Assembly (NCBI GenBank): GCA_031414955.1
Contig: JANOQV010000003.1
Location: 1 to 45,469, forward strand
Length of the DNA: 45,469 bases
Reading direction: 5' to 3'
Origin: Pedosphaera sp.
GTDB lineage: Bacteria; Verrucomicrobiota; Verrucomicrobiia; Limisphaerales; SIBH01
Shown: piece by piece, positions 17,119 through 27,800 of the stretch
Layout of the letters: each line of letters begins with the position of its first letter
How positions within the stretch are numbered: the first letter of the stretch is position 1
Program-made: the position numbers and the translations under genes
The notes under the pieces: generated by a model
What the model was told of the DNA's origin: nothing
The model's input: only the letters and a program-made list of their open reading frames with translations
Databases searched by the model: none

Positions 17119-17256
17119 AAACTGGTAGAAGATCTCCTCGATCTCGCGCGGGTAAACATTGATGCCGTGGACCAGCAGCATGTCCTTCTTGCGGTCAGTG
17201 ATGAAGAAGCAGCCGTCGGTGTCGTGGTGCCCCACGTCGCCGCTCAGCAGCCAGCC
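17119..17256 (-). pseudogene. Internal fragment of an acyl-CoA synthetase (AMP-binding enzyme)
   Basis: GWLLSGDVG…[27 protein letters not shown] matches the adenylate-forming enzyme hinge motifs; only about 46 codons remain. Confidence 0.8.
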
Positions 17257-17362
17257 GTAAGCCGGACAATACTCGGCGTTCCTTGGCGCCTAAAGCCCGG
17301 TTCCACTTTGGGGGCGACCAAGATTTGACGCAGCCTCGGCTCCTTCCTTACGTTCCTGACGC

Positions 17363-18076
17363 ATGATTATTGCCCCTTCCCTGCTGGCTGCGAATTTCGG
17401 ACGCTGCGCCTCCGAGGCGAAGCGCGTCGAGACCTCCGGCGCGGAGTGGCTGCATCTCGACATCATGGACGGCCACTTCGTGCCGAACATTTCCTTCGGG
17501 CCGGAGGTCGTGCGCACCTTGCGCCCGGTGGCCCGCAAACTGGAGTTCGACGTCCATCTGATGTGCTCGAAGCCGGAGATTTTGCTCGAGCCCTTCGCCA
17601 AGGCCGGCGCGGATCGCATCACCATTCACGCTGAGTTGGGTGTGGCGGTGAGTGACCTGATCTGGAAAATCAGAAAGCTGGGCAAGAAGGTCGGCCTGGC
17701 CATCAATCCGCCCACGCAAATCGGGCTGGTGGAGCCGTTCCTCAAGCAAGTTGATCTGGTGCTGATCATGACGGTGAATCCTGGTTTCGGCGGGCAGCCG
17801 TTCATCCATGAGGCTCTGCCCAAGATTCAGCAGGTCGCCGAGTGGCGGCGCGAATTGAACCTGCACTACCGCATTGAGGTGGACGGCGGGATTAATTTCC
17901 AGACGGCGGTGGAATGCGCGCGAGCGGGTGCGGACACGTTTGTGAGCGGCACCGGACTGTTCGGGCGGCCCAACCTCAAGACGGCCGTGGAGAAAATGCG
18001 CCGCCTCGTGACGGCGGCCGCGCCGTCCGGACACTTCAAGTTCGAATCCCCCATCGAGGCCGCGATCACGCGCTGA
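17363..18076 (+). CDS. rpe: Ribulose-phosphate 3-epimerase
   Basis: IAPSLL, HLDIMDGHFVPNISFG, DVHLM, MTVNPGFGGQ, IEVDGGIN. Confidence 0.96.
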   Translation: MIIAPSLLAANFGRCASEAKRVETSGAEWLHLDIMDGHFVPNISFGPEVVRTLRPVARKLEFDVHLMCSKPEILLEPFAKAGADRITIHAELGVAVSDLIWKIRKLGKKVGLAINPPTQIGLVEPFLKQVDLVLIMTVNPGFGGQPFIHEALPKIQQVAEWRRELNLHYRIEVDGGINFQTAVECARAGADTFVSGTGLFGRPNLKTAVEKMRRLVTAAAPSGHFKFESPIEAAITR

Positions 18077-18101
18077 CTCCGATCGCGCGAGAAGTTTTCC
18101 C

Positions 18102-19562
18102 TCAGTGCTCCGATTCCTGCGTCGGCTCCACAAGCCAGCGCGTGAGCACGGCCCCGATGAGCGCGTAGGCGCCCGCGACGCACGCGCCGACGACGGCGAT
18201 GCGCGCCGGGTCAGGTTTTTCGGAGGCTGCGAGAGTGAGCGTGATCCACGCTGCTGCCGTGCCGAGCACGCGGCCGCCGATGTTGGCGGCGAAACTTTCG
18301 CCCGTGCCGCGCAAGTGCAGCGGGAAGACGCGCGGGATGTAATTGCCCCAAAAACTGAACTGCGCCACGACGAAGAAGCCGGCCATGAAAATGCCAACCT
18401 TGATCCAGATGAGGCTGTCCGCATTGGCAAGCTGCTTCGGAATCCACCAGAAGAACAGCGGCACAAAAATCAGCGAGGGTATCAGGAACACGCGGAGCAG
18501 CGCGCGGCGGCTGACAATCCACACGGCCAGCGCCGCGAGCACGAGGCGTCCGGTCATGCCGCCGATTTCCTGCCAGAACGTAACCTGCGCCACGGCCTTG
18601 TCGCTGGCGTTGCCGCCGATCTGCCGGCGTTGCGGGGGCGTGAGGGTTTTGCCCTCGGCGGCGGCTTTGGCCACGGCGTCCTTGGCGGTGGCGATCATCG
18701 CGGCGTGACCGGCCTGGTTCGGCGTGCCGACGGCCTGCGCGCCGAGGATTTGCGGCAACTGTTGAATGGCCCCGAAGGCCAGCCCATAGCTCGCGGCAAA
18801 GATCAGCGTGGTGATGATGGTCGTCTGAATCAGTTCCGGCGCGAACAGTTCGCGAATGCTCGGTCGCTTGAGCGAACCGGCGGCGCGTTTGCGTTCCCAG
18901 TCCGGCGATTCCGGCAGGAAGGGACGGATCAAAATCAACGGCAGCGCGGGAATCACGCCGGAGATCAGCGTGTAGCGCCACGCCTCGTGTCCGCCGTGAA
19001 TTGCGGGCAGGCTCAACGCCCATTTCGCCGCCAGCACATTCGCCGCCGCGACCAGCAGACCGCCCACGGAGGAAAACGCCTGCGTGTAGCCGAGCACTTT
19101 TTCCCGCTGCTCGCGGTCTTTGAACAACTCGGCGAGCCACGCCACGGCGGCGACGAATTCCACGCACACGCCGATGAACACGAGGCAGCGGAAGAAGAGC
19201 AGTTGCCAGAGATTCGTCGAGAAGCCCGCCGCGCAGGCGGCAAATGCGTAGAGCAAAATGCTGTAGGTCAGTACGCGCCGCCGCCCGAGCCGGTCGGTGA
19301 GATAGCCGCCGAGCAGTCCGAATACGCCGCCCGCCAGGGCCGGGACAAAGAACAGCGTGCGCGCCCAGTTCGTGAATTCCTTCGAGCCGGGCAGCAGCAG
19401 CGGCACGCCGTCCGCGCCCACGCCACCGAGCGCGGCCAGCGCGGGCTTGACGATGAGCGGCAGCATGAGCAGTTCGTAAATGTCGAACGCGAACCCGATG
19501 GACGCGATGATGCAGATGAGCCAGTGCGTGCTCGTGAACTTGGATGGCGCCGAGGAATTCAT
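18102..19562 (-). CDS. MFS transporter
   Basis: Motif A 'GYLTDRLGRRRVL', many TM segments, 'FPLHLRGTG'. Confidence 0.92.
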   Translation of the reverse strand: MNSSAPSKFTSTHWLICIIASIGFAFDIYELLMLPLIVKPALAALGGVGADGVPLLLPGSKEFTNWARTLFFVPALAGGVFGLLGGYLTDRLGRRRVLTYSILLYAFAACAAGFSTNLWQLLFFRCLVFIGVCVEFVAAVAWLAELFKDREQREKVLGYTQAFSSVGGLLVAAANVLAAKWALSLPAIHGGHEAWRYTLISGVIPALPLILIRPFLPESPDWERKRAAGSLKRPSIRELFAPELIQTTIITTLIFAASYGLAFGAIQQLPQILGAQAVGTPNQAGHAAMIATAKDAVAKAAAEGKTLTPPQRRQIGGNASDKAVAQVTFWQEIGGMTGRLVLAALAVWIVSRRALLRVFLIPSLIFVPLFFWWIPKQLANADSLIWIKVGIFMAGFFVVAQFSFWGNYIPRVFPLHLRGTGESFAANIGGRVLGTAAAWITLTLAASEKPDPARIAVVGACVAGAYALIGAVLTRWLVEPTQESEH

Positions 19563-19689
19563 CGCGCGAATTTATGGCGGGGCAGGACGGAGGCGACAAG
19601 GTTTTTGTCCGCACACGGACGATGGAGAGGCGGGCCACGCCGGTTAATTTTCCTTTTGCCCCGTTCCCATTTGCCGCTTAAATCGCGGC

Positions 19690-20724
19690 ATGACTCGTTG
19701 GTCCGTGCGTTGGTTTCTCGTCGTGGTGTGCGTGGTGGCTTTCCCCTACCGCTCGCCCGCGCCGCTCATCTACAAGCCGGGCGAAGGCTGGGTTTATGAG
19801 AAGCCGGGTGAGATCGGGAGCTGGCAGAAGACGCGCGCGAAGGATCAGCTCGAAGTCGCGCAACAAGCCTTCGACGCCCACGACATTGGTCTCGCCATGA
19901 AGGCGGCCCAACGCACCGTGCGGGTGTGGCCGCTCTCCGACTATGCCTCACAGTCTCAATACCTGATCGGCCGCTGCTACGAGGCCCAGGGCTTTGAGCA
20001 GAAAGCCTTCAAGCACTACCAGGAACTGCTTCAGAAATATCCCAAGACCGACAAGTACGAGGAGGTGCTCAAGCGCCAGCTTGCCATTGCCCATCGCAAA
20101 CTCGGGGCCGAGCACGTCTATGGCAGCTTGGGCGTCGAGACGAGCAGCAAGGTTCCGGGCTTCACGCTCCCGCCGCTCTCGCTCTCCACCATTTTCTTCA
20201 AGCGTCTCAGCACGGTGGAGATGTACGAGAACATCGTGAAGAACGGCCCCTACAGCGAGGTCGGTGCGACCGCGCAGATGAACGTCGGCGCGGCCCACGA
20301 GAAGAAGAAAGATTACCCTTACGCGGTGCGCGCCTACCAACGGGCGGCGGATCGTTACGCCGACCGGCCCGCCATCCTGGGCGATGCCACGTATAAAACC
20401 GGCATTGCCTATCTCAAGCAGGCCCGCACCGCGGATTATGATCAGACCATCGCCTCCAAGGCCATTGAGACCTTCAGTGACTTCACCACCCTGCATCCCG
20501 ACGACCAGCGCGCGCCCGACGCCCTGAAGCGCATCGAGACGTTGCGCACGGAGCAGTCGCGCGGCGCGTTCGAGACGGCCAAGTTTTACGAGCAGCGGAA
20601 CAAGCCCCTGGCCGCGAAGATTTATTACAACGAGGCACTGAACAAGGACCCCGGCTCGGTCTACGCCGAGATCGCGCGGCTGCGCATTGAGGAGCTGAAC
20701 CGGCGCTCCGGGACCAACCAGTGA
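19690..20724 (+). CDS. bamD: Outer membrane assembly factor BamD-like TPR protein
   Basis: TPR repeats, 'DYDQ…AIETFSDF…HPDD', 'AKFYE…AAKIYY'; upstream of an LptE-like gene. Confidence 0.78.
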   Translation: MTRWSVRWFLVVVCVVAFPYRSPAPLIYKPGEGWVYEKPGEIGSWQKTRAKDQLEVAQQAFDAHDIGLAMKAAQRTVRVWPLSDYASQSQYLIGRCYEAQGFEQKAFKHYQELLQKYPKTDKYEEVLKRQLAIAHRKLGAEHVYGSLGVETSSKVPGFTLPPLSLSTIFFKRLSTVEMYENIVKNGPYSEVGATAQMNVGAAHEKKKDYPYAVRAYQRAADRYADRPAILGDATYKTGIAYLKQARTADYDQTIASKAIETFSDFTTLHPDDQRAPDALKRIETLRTEQSRGAFETAKFYEQRNKPLAAKIYYNEALNKDPGSVYAEIARLRIEELNRRSGTNQ

Positions 20725-21233
20725 AGCCGCCTCCTCCACTGCTCGCGCTCGCGGCGGTCCTGCTTCTGGGCGGTTGCGCCGGCTATCAGTTGGGGCCGAG
20801 CAACGGTCTGGAGGCCGGGGCGCGCACCGTCCAGATTCTTCCGCCGGTCAACAAGACCTTCGAGCCTCGCGCCGCCGAGGTTTTGAACCACCAATTGCGC
20901 CGGCAACTACAGCGCGACGGCACCTACCGCCTCAGCACCCGCGAGGAGGGCGACGTGATTGTGACCACGACCATTCTCAAGTACCAGCGCTTCGGTGAAA
21001 CTTTCCAGCCGCGCGACACCCTGACCGTCCGGGATTATCGCGTGCAAATGGTCGCCATGGTCACGGCCTACGATCGCGTGAGCGGGAAGAACTTGGTCAA
21101 CCGCGAATTTCTCGGCCACACCTCCGTGCGCATTGGGGCCGACCAGTCGAGCGCCGAGCGGCAGGCACTGCCGCTCCTGGCCGAGGATCTGGCGCGCAAC
21201 ATCACGGCCGCCATCGTGGATGGGGAATGGTGA
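20721..21233 (+). CDS. lptE: LptE-like lipoprotein
   Basis: Lipobox LGGC-AGYQLG, 'VNKTFEP', C-terminal 'LAEDLARNI…W'. Confidence 0.78.
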   Translation: MKPPPPLLALAAVLLLGGCAGYQLGPSNGLEAGARTVQILPPVNKTFEPRAAEVLNHQLRRQLQRDGTYRLSTREEGDVIVTTTILKYQRFGETFQPRDTLTVRDYRVQMVAMVTAYDRVSGKNLVNREFLGHTSVRIGADQSSAERQALPLLAEDLARNITAAIVDGEW

Positions 21234-21265
21234 AGAAAACGGTGCCCACAAAAGTCCATCCACCC

Positions 21266-22540
21266 ATGCGCACTCCGACCAAAATCAATTTCGTGGCCTG
21301 TCTGGTGGCGGCTCTAGGGGTCAGCGCGCTGCCCGCCGCGGACTGGCCGCAATGGCGCGGCGCGAACCGCGATGGACATGCCGCTGGCAGCGTGGTTTCC
21401 CTGCCCAAGGAATCGAAGCCGGTTTGGAAGCGGCCTATCGGCCCGGGCTTCTCCTCGCCCATCATGGCCGGCGGCCAGCTCATTTATCTCGATGAGCAGG
21501 AAGGCAAGGAAGTCGCGCACTGCCTCAACGCCGCCACCGGTCAGGAAGTCTGGCGCACACCCTACGCGCCCAGTGAAGGCGATGAGTGGGGCCGCGGTCC
21601 CCGCACCACGCCCTTCATGGATGGCGCGCATGTTTATTTCCAGTCCATGAACGGCGGCTTTCGCTGCCTCAAGCTGGCTGATGGCCAGCCCGTCTGGGAC
21701 TTCGACTTCCGACATTACGGCATCAGCTTCAGCACCAAGTCCTCCGAAGGCACGGCCTCCCGCCGGGGCAACAACGGCAGCGGCGCGGTGGAAGGCAACT
21801 TCGTTTACGTGCCGGTCGGCGCGAAGGGCGCGAGCATCGTTTGCTTCGACAAACTCCAGGGGAAGGAAATCTGGAAGAGCGGCGATGATGAGGCGGCCTA
21901 TTCGTCGTTCGTCGTCGCCACGCTCGCGGGAACCCGGCAGCTCGTCGCCTTCACCGCCGAGGCGCTCACCGGGCTGGATTTGAAAACCGGCGCCACTCTC
22001 TGGCGCCTTCCCCTCAGAACGGGAGCCAAGCGCCACGCCGCCACACCCGTCATCGACGGCGACACCGTGACGGTGACTTCGCAGACGCTCGGCCTGGTGC
22101 GGGTGAAGATCAGCCAGAGTGCAAGCGGGCTGGTGGCCGCGCCGCAATGGGTGAACAAACCGCTGGCCATCAACCTCGCCACGCCTGTGCTCTCGGGCGG
22201 CCACCTCTACTGCTACGGCCCGATCCGCACCAAAGATTACGTCTGCGTGGATGCCGCCACCGGCGTCACGAAGTGGACGGAAACGGGCTTCGGCCTCGGC
22301 AAGGATCAGACCGATTACGCCTCGACCATCGCGGTGGGAAAGAATCTTCTCCTGCTCACCTACGACGGACAATTGGTGTTGATCTCGGCCAATCCCGAGA
22401 AGTTCACCGAACTGGGACGTTTGCAAGTCTGCGGCAAGACTTGGTGTTCCCCAGCCTTCGCCGAGGGCAAACTCTACGTCCGCGACGGACGCGATCTCCT
22501 ATGTCTCGACCTCAGCAACCCATCTCGGGCGGCGCGCTGA
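21266..22540 (+). CDS. PQQ-like beta-propeller repeat protein
   Basis: 'ADWPQWRGANRDG', 'GFSSP', 'AYSS', 'WCSPAFAEGKLYVRD'. Start 21266 or 21227. Confidence 0.85.
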   Translation: MRTPTKINFVACLVAALGVSALPAADWPQWRGANRDGHAAGSVVSLPKESKPVWKRPIGPGFSSPIMAGGQLIYLDEQEGKEVAHCLNAATGQEVWRTPYAPSEGDEWGRGPRTTPFMDGAHVYFQSMNGGFRCLKLADGQPVWDFDFRHYGISFSTKSSEGTASRRGNNGSGAVEGNFVYVPVGAKGASIVCFDKLQGKEIWKSGDDEAAYSSFVVATLAGTRQLVAFTAEALTGLDLKTGATLWRLPLRTGAKRHAATPVIDGDTVTVTSQTLGLVRVKISQSASGLVAAPQWVNKPLAINLATPVLSGGHLYCYGPIRTKDYVCVDAATGVTKWTETGFGLGKDQTDYASTIAVGKNLLLLTYDGQLVLISANPEKFTELGRLQVCGKTWCSPAFAEGKLYVRDGRDLLCLDLSNPSRAAR

Positions 22541-23031
22541 CCGTTGTGGTCATCGACACCCCGGCGGGCGCGTTCACCGCGCGATTCTCCGAGCGCGGCC
22601 TGGCGCAGTTGGATTTTCCAGGCGGCCCACGTCTTGGGACTGACGGGGCGGCGGAAGCGCGTCCGGCCGGTTCGATGGCGCGGTGGATTGGACTTACGCA
22701 GGCCGTGCTGCTTGCGATTCTGGCCGGCGAACGTCCGGCAGAGTTTCCTCCTCTGGATGTCAGTGTCGGTACCGCGTTCCAACGGCGGGTCTGGTCGGCT
22801 TTGCGGAAAATTGTTCCAGGCCGGACGCGCAGCTACGGCGCTCTGGCGGCCGCCTTGGGTTCGCCCCGGGCCGCCCGGGCCGTCGGCAGCGCGTGCGGCG
22901 CAAATCCCATCCCGCTGTTGATTCCCTGCCATCGTGTGCTGGCAGCCAACGGCCATCTGGGTGGATTTTCCGGCGGACTGGAGTGGAAGCGTCGGTTGCT
23001 GAAGGCTGAAGGGTGGGTTGGTTCCAAGTGA
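22501..23031 (+). CDS. ogt: Methylated-DNA-protein-cysteine methyltransferase
   Basis: 'GTAFQRRVW…SYG…ARAVGSACGANP…IPCHRV'; ATG 22501 overlaps the end of the upstream gene. Confidence 0.92.
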   Translation: MSRPQQPISGGALTVVVIDTPAGAFTARFSERGLAQLDFPGGPRLGTDGAAEARPAGSMARWIGLTQAVLLAILAGERPAEFPPLDVSVGTAFQRRVWSALRKIVPGRTRSYGALAAALGSPRAARAVGSACGANPIPLLIPCHRVLAANGHLGGFSGGLEWKRRLLKAEGWVGSK

Positions 23032-23072
23032 CTCACGAGCGTCTGTTTCGCTCGGTCACGGACGGTCGTTGA

Positions 23073-24236
23073 CTACCTGTCCCCCGGCCCAGCCCGCCGC
23101 CTCACCCGGCCCAACTCCGCTTTCACGAGTTCGTGCTGCTTCACGATTTGCCGACGCAGGTTCAACTCTTCCCCCCTGATTAGATCGGCGAACTTCCGAT
23201 CCGGCGCGGCGGTGATGAGTTTCGCGGCGGCGGCGCGGACACGGTTGGTGAGCGTCTCCACCCGCCAGAATTTTTCCGTCAGTTCGCCGAGACGGGCGTG
23301 ATACTGGCTTTGAAATTCCGGCAGCTCCCACAACGCCTTGACCACCAGGCTTCCGGTGGGCGGTTGGAAGCCCGCGCTGCCAAACGTCGCTTCCAACCCG
23401 TGGGGCAGGAACCGCAGCTTATCCGTTTTCGGGTCGTGATAGATGCGATAGTTGTTGTGCATGTAAGCATAGCCATTGATGCCGGCCGTGAGCATCTCCA
23501 GGGCGAGGAAAGTGGTGAACTCATCCACGTCGAGCACCGGGCCAAGCTTTTGCAGGCGCACGCCGGAGGGCGTTTTCAGCAGCTCCAGGAGCGCCTTCAA
23601 ATCGCGTTGCGAGGTGTCCTCACCGTTCTCTTGATCCAGCTTCTGATCGATGTCGCGGGACTCACCTTCGTAGAGATTGCCGCTGGCCGAGCCAAACTCG
23701 CGCTTGAGAAACCCTTTGTTGATCGGCTCCACCAACAGGTAGAAGCCAAGCTCGCGCCCGTTCAATTCCACCCGCGCGTGCGTGACCATGGGAGCCGGGA
23801 GTCCGGCGTCGCGGTACAGTTGCACGGCCACGATCTCCCGCATCAGACCCGGATCCTCGGCGGAGTTGTTGAGCACGAGCTTGTTCAAGCCGCGATACTC
23901 CTGGCCGGTGACAAACTCGTTCAGCTTCAAACTGAAGTTCGGGCGGCGGTCGATGTCCTGAAAGGAGCTGTGGCCCTTGAGCCGGAGCCCTACGTCGCGC
24001 AAGACCGTGTCGCCTTCACGAAGCGTGGCGCGCACATAATCGCGAGTGCCGATTCGGTTGCCTATCTTGAGGGCCAGGAGGCTGGCTTCGGGAAGCTCAA
24101 GGCGGAAGGTCCGGATGTTGCCTTCGCGGAACAACGCCTCCGCTCCGCTGCTCTTGTTCTTCTTGAAGTCAGCCGCCGGGACATTTCCGCACGCCCCCCA
24201 CAGCGCCAGAACCAGAATGAATCGTTTCCCCCACAT
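23073..24236 (-). CDS. CotH kinase family protein
   Basis: 'VGLRLKG', 'LNN…DP..MRE', 'GFYLLVE', 'GNLYEG', 'HNNYRIY'. Confidence 0.85.
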   Translation of the reverse strand: MWGKRFILVLALWGACGNVPAADFKKNKSSGAEALFREGNIRTFRLELPEASLLALKIGNRIGTRDYVRATLREGDTVLRDVGLRLKGHSSFQDIDRRPNFSLKLNEFVTGQEYRGLNKLVLNNSAEDPGLMREIVAVQLYRDAGLPAPMVTHARVELNGRELGFYLLVEPINKGFLKREFGSASGNLYEGESRDIDQKLDQENGEDTSQRDLKALLELLKTPSGVRLQKLGPVLDVDEFTTFLALEMLTAGINGYAYMHNNYRIYHDPKTDKLRFLPHGLEATFGSAGFQPPTGSLVVKALWELPEFQSQYHARLGELTEKFWRVETLTNRVRAAAAKLITAAPDRKFADLIRGEELNLRRQIVKQHELVKAELGRVRRRAGPGDR

Positions 24237-24306
24237 GCAATTCTCTCGACGGCAGGGACGGGAAGAAATTCGCAAAACTCCCGGCGTCACCGGGATTTTA
24301 CATTGG

Positions 24307-24672
24307 CTACTCGCCCCGCGCCTCGTCCCCGTCCTCGGCCGTGCCCGCAGTGATATCGCCCACGGTCAGATTTTCCTGAGCCGGCCCGGTGACACGAACC
24401 TCACCGACTTTGGATCCGGCGTGGAAAATGGCCAGGCGGGTGTCGTTCGTCGGCAGTTGGCCCACCGGATAGCTCAACACGACAAATTTCCCCGGCAGAT
24501 TCACGGAGGCCACCCGGCCCACGGCCGAAGCGGCGGGCCGGATCACAAGGTTGGGGCTGGTGGTCGGCTTGACCGAGAATTCGGCCGGAACGCCGGCCTT
24601 TTTCTCCCCACGCCAGCTACAACCGGTCGTGGTGCTGAAGACCGCGAGCACCAAAGCGGCGGCGACATTCAT
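24307..24672 (-). CDS. Hypothetical lipoprotein
   Basis: Hydrophobic N-terminus with TTGC lipobox; beta-rich domain 'GRVASVN…FVVL…KVGEVRVTGP…GDEAR'. Confidence 0.65.
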   Translation of the reverse strand: MNVAAALVLAVFSTTTGCSWRGEKKAGVPAEFSVKPTTSPNLVIRPAASAVGRVASVNLPGKFVVLSYPVGQLPTNDTRLAIFHAGSKVGEVRVTGPAQENLTVGDITAGTAEDGDEARGE

Positions 24673-24836
24673 TCCAGAGCAAACACGCTTGTCACTTTTC
24701 ACGTCCAAGAATTTAGCGAGCCACCGCCCGGCTGTCACTGGAGTTTTCGGATTGGGGGCCGGCGCAGGGGAGCTTGGGTGTTCACCTTCACAGTTGAGAA
24801 TCCGCCTCGCGAATGGCAGCTTGCGGGGCAATCCGA

Positions 24837-27800
24837 ATGACTCTCACTCACGTTCTCAAACGATGGCCGGTCGCGCTCGCGCTTTGCGCCGGCTGCCTGC
24901 TCATGCCACGCTCGGCCCGCGCGGATGCGATGCTCCAGCTTTTCAACGTCAACTACGAGGAACTGATCGCGAAGATGCCGGAGATTGCCGAGGCCGGTTA
25001 CACCTCGCTCTGGCTGCCACCGCCGACCAAGGGCGGCTCCATCTTTTCCGTGGGCTACGATGTGTTCGACCCGTTCGACCTCGGCGACAAGGATCAGCAG
25101 GGCACGGTGCGCACGCGCTATGGGACCAAGGCGCAGTTGCAACGCGTGGTCGAGATGGCGCATCGCTTCGGGCTGCGGGTGTATTTCGACAACATCATGA
25201 ACCATCGCGGCTTCACGGTGCCGGGCTACGACGCGAACACGTCCACGAATTATTATCCGGGCATGGTGCCGGGGGATTTTCATTTGCGGGTCATCGCCGG
25301 GCCGTTCTACCGGAGCTGGGATAACATCGGGAACTGGAACAACACCTTCGAGATTCAGAACAACCCGCTCTCGGGCCTCGTGGACATCGCGCAGGAAAAT
25401 CCGAACATCAACTTCGGCGCGAGCTACGGGAACACGGCGGGCAGCCCATTCTTCATCCGGCATCCGAACAATCGCGATTACTACATGGACACAGCGCTGA
25501 CGTCGTTGCCGGGCGGACTGCATGGCTTCAACGGCACGAACGGCGATCCGGTCGCGGAGAACACGAGCGCGTATCTGATTCGCGCGGTGACTTGGCTGCT
25601 GGCCGAGACCAAGTGCGATGGCTTCCGGCTCGACGCGGTGAAGCATACGCCGGGCTATTTTTTCGGAGACTACGGCAGCGCCTCAGCCAACGGCTACTGC
25701 GGCGCGATCCAGACCATGTTCGATTACGTCCACGGCTACGGGAACAATCTGCTCGGCAACGGCTACGTGGAGGGCGACGACAACCGCAACAGCAACTACG
25801 ACGCGGAAGCCACGCGCAATGACGCGCTCATCTTCGGCGAACATCTGGGGGAGCCGCCGAGCTATGATGATTATCTCGGGCGCGGCATGAGGCTGCTCGA
25901 CAATCCGCTGCGCAACAACCTGAACAACATCCTCGGTAATCCCGGCGCGTCGCTCGCCGGCTACGAGACGCGCGATGGCGGCGGGTTCAGCGCGCCCAAT
26001 CGCATCATGCACGCGTCGAGTCACGACAACGGCTACTCGAATCATCGCGAGTTGCAGAATGCCTACTACTTCCTGCGCGAGGGCATCCCGCTGATTTACA
26101 CGGACGGCTACAACCAGGAGAGCAGCGGGGGCGGCGATCCGTTCCCGCGCATTGCCTACGCGCCGTATCTCGGCCAGTTCAGCGACCACAAGATGCCCGA
26201 CCTGGCCTGGCTGCATGGACAACTCGCGCGCGGCGGCACCCGCGCGCGCTGGGGCGACTCGGATGTGGTGGCCTTCGAGCGCTACGACTATCGCGAAGGC
26301 GGTAGTGCGGCGGATCAGACCGTGGTGCTCTTTGCGATGAACGACAACTTTGGCAATCCGGGCGATGTGAGTTTCGACGATGGGGTGAACAACATGACGG
26401 GCGGCACCTTCTACGAATGCTTTCCAGCGCAGAATCCGCGCGGCCAGGGCGTCGTCGTGGGCTTCCCGCCCGGCTCGGTGCTGGTGCAGCTTGCGGACTC
26501 GCCCGGCAAGGATCGCGCCTGCTCGAAGCTGCTCGTGCGCCTGGCGACCAACATCAAATCCGACGCGGAAAGCTCGAAGGATGACCCGAACCCGGTGAAC
26601 CGAAAAGTCTATGTCGGCACGCAGGCGCTCGCCTCCGGTGGCGGCGCGATTGAATTCAAGATTCCCAGCGGCGGCTACGTGGCCTACGCCTACCAATGGC
26701 CCGAGGCCAGCCGCGCCAGCGGGCGCGACGTGATCACCTTCCGTCACAACAACATCGAAGTGCCCCGCATGTTCGTGACCCGCACCGATGGCCGCGACGG
26801 CGACAGTGGGTTCAATCCCAAGTATCCGTTCAAGAATCGCGGCAGCGTGGACACGGGCGGCAGCACGGTGCGCGGTACGAACACTGGCCCGCGCCAGTAT
26901 TCCATCGACATCCCCATCGTGACCAACGCCGTCTTCGACATCGTGGTGCGGCCGGATGCGAGCGTGAACAACGTGCTCGTGAAGCTGGACGGCGGCATGG
27001 ATTTGAACTTCCACATGGGGCTGGGCTCGACGAACAGCGACCGGCGCGACAACCGGCCCGGCGCGGCCACGGATGTTTTCCTCGGCTACGAGCAGGCGCT
27101 CTTCCGCTACCGGCGCGGGCCGGAGAAATTTGCCGCCACCAACGTGGCGAACAACAACGTCTTCTCGGCGGGTGCGGAAACGTATCACTACACCGTGGGC
27201 ACGGCGAACTCGCTCGTGGTCGTCGGTTCAGGCGGCGGCGCGAGTATCGACACGCAGACGGCCGACTGGGTGTATCACAGTCCGGCGCGGCCTGTGACGG
27301 GTGGCGTGAGTCCGCCCGCGACCCAGCGCGTGCCGTTGCAACCCATCGGCGGGCAGGCCTGCGAGCTGTGGATCAAGGTCGGCTACCAGTTCGACATCGA
27401 CACGGGCAGCCTCTACTACACGACCGACGGCTCGAAGCCCGAAGGCGCGTTTGGCACCGGGCGCGGCTCGACGCAGGTGGTCGGCCTGAGCTTCGATCAC
27501 AACGAAACCGAACCGGGCGGCGTGGTGGACTGGTGGAAGGGAATCATTCCCGCGCAGGCGACGAACACCGTCGTGAAGTATAAAATCGCCTTCTACGACA
27601 ACATTGGATCGCCCATCTCGGACTCGGACGAGGCCAAGGAATACGGCGTGACGCAGTTCGCAATCACGAACTTCAACCCCGTGACCGCGTTCGTGTATCT
27701 GCACAACAACCGCAACACGAACTCGTCGCACTTCGGGCTGGAGGAAGGCTTCCACATCGCGCGCGCGCGGGCCTTCCTACCGCGCTCCGGCAAGTCGAGT

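Noticed and set aside
18105..19799. Long antisense ORFs (e.g. 18105-19799, 8215-9792, 25683-27188, 15580-17049, 42582-43895)
   Set aside because: Shadow ORFs opposite well-supported genes, expected in high-GC DNA.
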